Below, in pieces: positions 45,085-49,407 of a stretch of DNA of 49,407 nt. The notes under the pieces were generated by a model. It saw only the letters and a list, made by a program, of their open reading frames with translations, made no database searches and was not told where the DNA came from. The stretch covers positions 1 to 49,407 of the IMG/VR virus record IMGVR_UViG_3300015203_000004; one strand, 5' to 3'. Each line of letters begins with the position of its first letter. Position 1 is the stretch's first letter. Source of the DNA: a virus. The position numbers were made by a program, and so were the translations under genes.

Positions 45085-45150
45085 AACTAGTTCTGATCGA
45101 TCGGTCGAAAAACCCCTATATAGTTAAAATTACCGATCACCGATCAGTAC
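45085..45150. promoter_or_regulatory. Intergenic control region: AACTAGTT palindrome plus GATC-rich imperfect inverted repeat around an AT-rich core
   Basis: ctgatcgatcggt (45093-105) vs accgatcaccgatcag (45132-147); four GATC in 51 bp; core aaaaacccctatatagttaaaatt. Confidence 0.4.
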
Positions 45151-45158
45151 TAGATATG

Positions 45159-46361
45159 TTAGTTCTTATTCCTAATCCTAGAAATAGTGTCTAAGGATAT
45201 ATCTAGTTCTTTTGCTATCTCTCTAGAAGTACAACCTTGGTCTATCATTTCTAGTACTCTTCTATCTCTGATATCCTTCGCAGATTCAGCCGGAAGCTCA
45301 AACTCTGTATCATCCTCTCCACAACTTTTCTCACATCCCGTGACTACATATAATTGAGTTTGAGACTCGACTCCGTCTTCTGTCTCTTCCAGCCATTGAT
45401 TCCCCTCAGGAGATACAGCCCCTAACTTAGCACCTATCATGTTCAAAGCATATTCAGGTTGAGTATAGTTCGTTTTCTTTACGCGAATCTTTAGTGGCTT
45501 GGTTCCGCTCCTAGTAGCGTGAAGAAAAACTCTACATACATTTTCAATCTCAGTCGATCCTAAATAGTCTTTGTTTTTGCCTTCATGTAGTGTGCCGATA
45601 ATCGTCACATTCAGGTCTTGAGCTATAGTTGATAACGGAGATAGGCAAGCCCTAGCTTTTTCAGCAGCATTAGAATAGCCATCCCCGCTCTCAAAATGAG
45701 CGTATATAGCGTCGAAGTAGATTATATCTAGGGGATATCTTATAAGTTTCTCTCGAAACTCCTCAGAATCCCTAGGAAACTTCCAGGTGTTCCCTATGTT
45801 AACAATTCTGTGTACACCTAACCCTAATCCGGGATCGGACAGAAAGGATCTAACTTTAAATCTTTTTACAGATTCCTCGATTGAGGCTACTCCAAAAGTT
45901 AGACCTCTCTTAGCGGCCTGGGAAGCTAGCCACGATATCCAAGTACTTTTCCCAATTCCTCCCGCGCCATACTGTAGGACTAGATTCCCTTTCGGGATGA
46001 AGTCTTGAAGTACCCAGGTTACCTTCGGCATGTTTAGATCAGTCTCAGGGTTCCAACCTTCCTCGATAAGCTCCAATGGCTTGTATGAGCCTTTAGATGC
46101 CCCAGAACGCGCGAGGCGAGCAATGTCAGCCTCAGTATAAGGGTTTGAGGTATCTATGCCCTGTAGGACCGCTAAGGGCCCTTCTCGCAGAAGTACCTTA
46201 TTTGCCTCTTCCGTGAATCCCCACTTTTGGCTATGCCAGAAGGTTAGGGCATTGCAATAGTTATCATGCTCACCTCTGGGAATGCCTTCGAATTGTACTG
46301 GAATTGTATCTGATACCGTTTCGGCAATTTGCTTATCTACTAGGGTTAGAGGATCTAGCAT
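45159..46361 (-). CDS. RecA-fold (RepA/DnaB-like, AAA_25-type) replicative helicase with C-terminal HTH
   Basis: LVLQYGAGGIGKSTW (Walker A), DIIYFDAIY (Walker B), C-terminus TSREIAKELDISLDTISRIRNKN; start ATG 46361. Confidence 0.65.
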   Translation of the reverse strand: MLDPLTLVDKQIAETVSDTIPVQFEGIPRGEHDNYCNALTFWHSQKWGFTEEANKVLLREGPLAVLQGIDTSNPYTEADIARLARSGASKGSYKPLELIEEGWNPETDLNMPKVTWVLQDFIPKGNLVLQYGAGGIGKSTWISWLASQAAKRGLTFGVASIEESVKRFKVRSFLSDPGLGLGVHRIVNIGNTWKFPRDSEEFREKLIRYPLDIIYFDAIYAHFESGDGYSNAAEKARACLSPLSTIAQDLNVTIIGTLHEGKNKDYLGSTEIENVCRVFLHATRSGTKPLKIRVKKTNYTQPEYALNMIGAKLGAVSPEGNQWLEETEDGVESQTQLYVVTGCEKSCGEDDTEFELPAESAKDIRDRRVLEMIDQGCTSREIAKELDISLDTISRIRNKN

Positions 46362-46780
46362 AACTGAATTGGCTCCATTTCGTTTAGCATGTAGTAAGTA
46401 TTCCCTTTGATGATCGACCCTGGCCCGACAATGAACCCGTTGCATTTTACATCAGCTATTCTAGTACCATCACTAGCTTTGTAGACGGTGTTCTTACCCT
46501 TGAACCCTTCCGGTACTCTGTAGAGGTAGTGGACCCCGATACAATCGGTTCTCCCAGTCCTCTGTGTCCATGTAGGGGGCAGAGAGGCCTCAAATTCTGC
46601 CCTCTCGGGATGGTCTACATCAATGTCGATAACAAGGAACATGTTATCCAGCAGAATGCCATAGTTGCCCTTAGGTCGGCCTGCAGCGGGGGCAACTATA
46701 GCAGTCTCCTGCCATCCTGCATACTTAGGTAATTTTCCTTCAGGCTTTAGGGGAAATATTCTAGATCCCTTGGGTATCAT
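46355..46780 (-). CDS. Primase-polymerase (prim-pol) domain protein
   Basis: PLKPEGKLPKYAGWQE, FLVIDIDVDHPE, GVHYLYRVPEG, CNGFIVGPGSII.GNTYY. Confidence 0.7.
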   Translation of the reverse strand: MIPKGSRIFPLKPEGKLPKYAGWQETAIVAPAAGRPKGNYGILLDNMFLVIDIDVDHPERAEFEASLPPTWTQRTGRTDCIGVHYLYRVPEGFKGKNTVYKASDGTRIADVKCNGFIVGPGSIIKGNTYYMLNEMEPIQLC

Positions 46781-46791
46781 TAGTCCCCCTA

Positions 46792-47097
46792 TCAGACTAC
46801 AGTACTCTCAACGGATTGAACCGTCACAAGTACCGCCTCTTGATCGAATTGTTGCTTGTAGGCATTAGCAATCTGTTTCGGTCGAAAGTCTACATGATGG
46901 GACACAGGCTGGGTAATGACCTCTATAACGAATGTCTCCTCCTGTTGTCCGTTCCAGTATCTTGTGGCATGAGTAATAGTGAAGGATTCATACTGAGTCG
47001 CAACTTCAGCCCGAAGGAAGTTGTAAATGTCATTAATTCGGACTAATGTGCCGTTTTTGCGATTGCGTCCGCAGTAAATTCTAGTTAACTTTTGCAT
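46792..47097 (-). CDS. Hypothetical protein
   Basis: 101-aa ORF. Confidence 0.45.
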   Translation of the reverse strand: MQKLTRIYCGRNRKNGTLVRINDIYNFLRAEVATQYESFTITHATRYWNGQQEETFVIEVITQPVSHHVDFRPKQIANAYKQQFDQEAVLVTVQSVESTVV

Positions 47098-47099
47098 GC

Positions 47100-47351
47100 T
47101 TATTTCTCCTTGTGCTTTAGTGTTATCTCATGTTCGTGCTCATGACAGTATGCCGATACTTCAGGCATCTCCGGGTACACGCCGTCAGCGTCCTCTTCGT
47201 ACCAATCGTTAAAGAGGTCTAGCATATATCGTTGAATGTGTCCCTCAGTCCCCGTAACATCAAATCGAGTTACCCATTCTCCATAATCGTTATAGGTAAC
47301 AACCCAGTCGCATTCCTTCGGTGATGCATGAGTCTCGTCTCTATCGCTCAT
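47100..47351 (-). CDS. Hypothetical acidic protein
   Basis: 83-aa ORF. Confidence 0.45.
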   Translation of the reverse strand: MSDRDETHASPKECDWVVTYNDYGEWVTRFDVTGTEGHIQRYMLDLFNDWYEEDADGVYPEMPEVSAYCHEHEHEITLKHKEK

Positions 47352-47524
47352 TATCTTCCTCCTGCTAGCTTCAGTATGCGTTCCTTAGCTGCGTCCCATA
47401 TTTCTAGTTCAGCCTCGGGGTTGCCGCCATGCTCTTTGTAATAATCTACTCTACCGGAAGAAGTAGCACATACATGGAATAGCTTACTAAGGTTCCTGCT
47501 ACGTCTAACTTCCTCTATTCTCAT
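47351..47524 (-). CDS. Small hypothetical protein (57 aa, below ORF-track cutoff)
   Basis: Hand translation MRIEEVRRSRNLSKLFHVCATSSGRVDYYKEHGGNPEAELEIWDAAKERILKLAGGR; AAGGAG RBS; TAATG coupling. Confidence 0.45.
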   Translation of the reverse strand: MRIEEVRRSRNLSKLFHVCATSSGRVDYYKEHGGNPEAELEIWDAAKERILKLAGGR

Positions 47525-47560
47525 TGCCTTCTCCTTATCGAATCTAGTTCTTATGTACTC

Positions 47561-47589
47561 AGTATAAGTCTTAGGGCGCTGCTTGTCTA
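47561..47589 (-). promoter_or_regulatory. Promoter GAACTAGACA-N17-TATACT (minus strand)
   Basis: Reverse complement: TAGACA (47589-84), 17 nt, TATACT (47566-61); second AAGAACTAGA copy at 47552-43. Confidence 0.5.
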
Positions 47590-47756
47590 GTTCCTTTTAG
47601 TGAAGAGCGTGTAAAACGAGACTCGTATGACTTGAGAATGCATCTGTTGCATCGAGAGGATAGCCCTGCCTCCTTATAGAATAGTACAGAGTAGCCGCAT
47701 GATGAGCAGTAAGTTGTCTCGGATAGAGTGTGCCTTTTCTCATATAAACTGTTCAT
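47571..47756 (-). CDS. Small zinc-ribbon-like protein
   Basis: CSSCGY...CNRC. Confidence 0.35.
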   Translation of the reverse strand: MNSLYEKRHTLSETTYCSSCGYSVLFYKEAGLSSRCNRCILKSYESRFTRSSLKGTRQAAP

Positions 47757-47956
47757 CGGTTTTCTCCTGTGTCTTCATACTGTGTGTCTAGCACATCGTA
47801 AGCTGCTGCTCTAAGGTTATAGAAGGCTGAAGCTATTTCCCTCTTCTGTGCCTTCTTCATCTTTGTATGACCAAGAAGGTCGTATGCATATTCAGCCTGA
47901 AGAACAGTTTTGCTCAATAGCTCCGCCAATTTCATCAATGCTTCAGCCTTAGTCAT
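47753..47956 (-). CDS. Hypothetical protein
   Basis: 67-aa helical ORF. Confidence 0.4.
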   Translation of the reverse strand: MTKAEALMKLAELLSKTVLQAEYAYDLLGHTKMKKAQKREIASAFYNLRAAAYDVLDTQYEDTGENR

Positions 47957-47957
47957 T

Positions 47958-48122
47958 CTATACTCCTAACTTATTCAGGTGTGCTGCTACTGCGTTCGCT
48001 ATAGCGAATTGCTGATGTTCTCCGTGAGTTGATCCAGTCTTACGATTGATGACCGCCCATGTTGTGTGTTGACCCGAAAGCATTGAGCCCCAGTCTCTCT
48101 TCTCAACAACAAACGTGTTCAT
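47958..48122 (-). CDS. Small hypothetical protein (54 aa)
   Basis: Hand translation MNTFVVEKRDWGSMLSGQHTTWAVINRKTGSTHGEHQQFAIANAVAAHLNKLGV. Confidence 0.35.
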   Translation of the reverse strand: MNTFVVEKRDWGSMLSGQHTTWAVINRKTGSTHGEHQQFAIANAVAAHLNKLGV

Positions 48123-48238
48123 AGTGCTACCTCTAGTGCCTTACGGAGCCAGTATGCTACCTTCAAGTTATCATGAGCAGCTTCAGCCATGAGAGCGAAG
48201 CGTAAGTAGAACAGATAGTCCTTGTGTGCATGCTTCAT
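48119..48238 (-). CDS. Small hypothetical protein (39 aa)
   Basis: Hand translation MKHAHKDYLFYLRFALMAEAAHDNLKVAYWLRKALEVAL; ATGA coupling. Confidence 0.3.
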   Translation of the reverse strand: MKHAHKDYLFYLRFALMAEAAHDNLKVAYWLRKALEVAL

Positions 48239-48239
48239 G

Positions 48240-48353
48240 TTATCCACCTAATGCGTGCGTGATCGGAGCAAACGTTTGTTCTAATGCTTGTGTGATCGAC
48301 ACTACTAGGATCATCGAGACTACCGCCATGGCTATGATCGTGTAGATGTTCAT
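48240..48353 (-). CDS. Small membrane protein (37 aa)
   Basis: Hand translation MNIYTIIAMAVVSMILVVSITQALEQTFAPITHALGG; GGGAG RBS. Confidence 0.3.
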   Translation of the reverse strand: MNIYTIIAMAVVSMILVVSITQALEQTFAPITHALGG

Positions 48354-48399
48354 TCTATTCTCCCATTTCGTTAGTGTTTGAGTGACTTACTACTCCCTT

Positions 48400-48428
48400 A
48401 GTATACCGCAATCTAGTTCTTCTGTCTA
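48400..48428 (-). promoter_or_regulatory. Promoter GAACTAGACA-N17-TATACT with tandem AAGAACTAGA repeats (minus strand)
   Basis: Reverse complement: AAGAACTAGACAGAAGAACTAGATTGCGGTATACT; plus-strand tctagttctt at 48412-21 and 48425-34. Confidence 0.55.
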
Positions 48429-48495
48429 GTTCTTTTATGTTAAGCTACTGTGTGCTTCCCCGCAGCTACCGCCCTGTTTTGTGCTTTTTGATAGA

Positions 48496-48519
48496 AAAAG
48501 GAGCCGAAAGGCTCCTTTT
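48496..48519 (-). terminator. Rho-independent terminator (symmetric, T/A runs on both sides)
   Basis: aaaaggagcc gaaa ggctcctttt. Confidence 0.7.
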
Positions 48520-48530
48520 CTTTGTGTGTT

Positions 48531-48719
48531 CTAAGGAGTGGGCTCACTTCTCCCCTTGAGTACATCTTCTGCTAAGATAGTGAAGTCTTCTTTTCTAAGG
48601 CTCTTGTCATCGTACATGCGAGCGTCAAACCTATCTATCCATGCTTGTGCCCTCTCTATGCCGTAGAAACCACACGCTGCTAGCCAACCGTTCTTGTGGA
48701 TGATCTTATAGACCTTCAT
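48531..48719 (-). CDS. Hypothetical early protein
   Basis: MKVYKIIHKNGW...; ATG 48719 preceded by GAAGGAG (the track start at 48734 is a GTG inside the RBS). Confidence 0.45.
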   Translation of the reverse strand: MKVYKIIHKNGWLAACGFYGIERAQAWIDRFDARMYDDKSLRKEDFTILAEDVLKGRSEPTP

Positions 48720-48730
48720 GATGTGCTCCT

Positions 48731-48895
48731 TCACTCGCAGTTGTAGCGTCGTATTAGTTGCTTAGACTTAGCATGGATCACCTCGACCGCATACCCTCGG
48801 CTTGATAGGTATCCAGCATCAAGGAATGCTAAGACCCTACTTTTGTACTTAGTAGTAAGTGTCTCGTTGGTATCGACTAGGTGCAACTCAAACAT
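48731..48895 (-). CDS. First early ORF (54 aa, below cutoff)
   Basis: Hand translation MFELHLVDTNETLTTKYKSRVLAFLDAGYLSSRGYAVEVIHAKSKQLIRRYNCE; AAGGAG RBS. Confidence 0.4.
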   Translation of the reverse strand: MFELHLVDTNETLTTKYKSRVLAFLDAGYLSSRGYAVEVIHAKSKQLIRRYNCE

Positions 48896-48926
48896 GCCTT
48901 TCTCCTTACTCGTTACTGATGAGTCT

Positions 48927-48955
48927 ATTGTCTCATGAAAGAACTAGTGAGTCTA
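48927..48955 (-). promoter_or_regulatory. Candidate early promoter GTACTAGACT-N17-GACAAT (minus strand)
   Basis: Same ACTAGAC -35 context as the 47589 and 48428 promoters; about 25-nt leader to ATG 48895. Confidence 0.4.
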
Positions 48956-49076
48956 GTACCAATTGTAATGCTAGTGCAAAGATACCGTCCTGATCATAAG
49001 CAACGCAAAGTGTGTGAGCATTGCATTGTCAACGCCCCATCTATAACGTCTGGTATCATTTCCCATACTTAATACT

Positions 49077-49104
49077 ATCATACAGTACTAGATTGCGATG
49101 TTAA
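49077..49104 (-). promoter_or_regulatory. Candidate early promoter TTAACA-N16-TATGAT (minus strand)
   Basis: Reverse complement gtcTTAACAtcgcaatctagtactgTATGATag. Confidence 0.35.
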
Positions 49105-49308
49105 GACATTGTAAGACTCAATTGGTTTCACACCAACTCTTTACAATCGACCCAACTCATTCAGCCCTCCTATTAAGTCAACCCCGTTGAGTAAAGCTAT
49201 TGTAAAGCGTTAGTACTAGCATCGTTAAGATGATCGAAGCATAACAAACTAGAGAAGTCAATAGGTCTTTAGTCCCTATTTTCTTATCATTTGCTTAACA
49301 TTCACCTT

Positions 49309-49407
49309 ACATTACTATACATTTGCTTAACATTATCAAGATTACTTGACTGATTCTGCACGGTCGCAGCGCAATGTAAAGATTTCTTTGCTGTTCTTTG
49401 CCATATC
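49309..49407. repeat. Right copy of 99-bp exact direct terminal repeat
   Basis: Identical to 1..99. Confidence 0.95.

Noticed and set aside
46355-46445. Frameshifted prim-pol/helicase fusion suggested by the 91-nt overlap of tracks 46355..46780 and 45159..46445
   Set aside because: The helicase has a proper ATG at 46361, overlapping the prim-pol stop by only 7 nt (ATGCTAG), and the prim-pol domain is complete before its stop. These are two ordinary coupled genes.
1-49407. Looked for tRNA, rRNA, CRISPR arrays, integrase/repressor, T7-type RNA polymerase, RNR alpha subunit, reverse transcriptase
   Set aside because: No non-coding gap is long or structured enough for a tRNA, no spaced direct repeats of CRISPR type occur, and no ORF shows the motifs of those enzymes. 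Absence judged by eye only.

Overview
The window reads as one complete tailed dsDNA phage genome of about 49.3 kb. The first 99 nt recur exactly at the end (1..99 = 49309..49407), which is either a short direct terminal repeat or the overlap of a circularly closed assembly. Standard genetic code, mostly AGGAG-type ribosome binding sites, and tight, often ATGA/TAATG-coupled gene packing. I found no tRNA, rRNA, CRISPR array, integrase or phage RNA polymerase. Two blocks diverge from a roughly 0.7 kb control region spanning the termini. The + block (210..35545) holds accessory genes (HNH, secreted protein, C39-like peptidase, two GroES-like proteins, LuxR-type regulator), a lysis cassette, large terminase, a fibre-like cluster, portal, scaffold, capsid, tail genes, and Q/N-rich internal proteins ending in a lytic-transglycosylase protein (T7 gp14-16-like layout). 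The - block (35460..48895) holds a VRR-NUC nuclease, DUF669 SSB, an AAA_24-like protein, a Cas4-like exonuclease, family A DNA polymerase, dCMP deaminase, ThyX, RNR beta subunit, a UDG-like protein, SNF2 helicase, prim-pol plus helicase, and about a dozen small early ORFs. Five things stand out. (1) A promoter-led cluster sits between terminase and portal; its four large proteins all begin with Sec-type signal peptides, and three of them share cysteine-paired repeat modules. (2) A capsid-module protein carries a clear DUF3494 ice-binding-like beta-helix domain fused to a module shared with the neighbouring structural protein. (3) A PurD-like ATP-grasp enzyme and a homing HNH lie inside the Q/N-rich ejection-protein cluster. 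(4) There are two GroES-fold genes, and the second only makes sense with a -1 shift on a C6 run. (5) There are two promoter families with conserved extended motifs (TTGCAY-N17-TAYACTTAGAG on +, ACTAGACA-N17-TATACT with AGAACTAGA repeats on -). All functional calls come from motifs read by eye in the translations. No database search was run.
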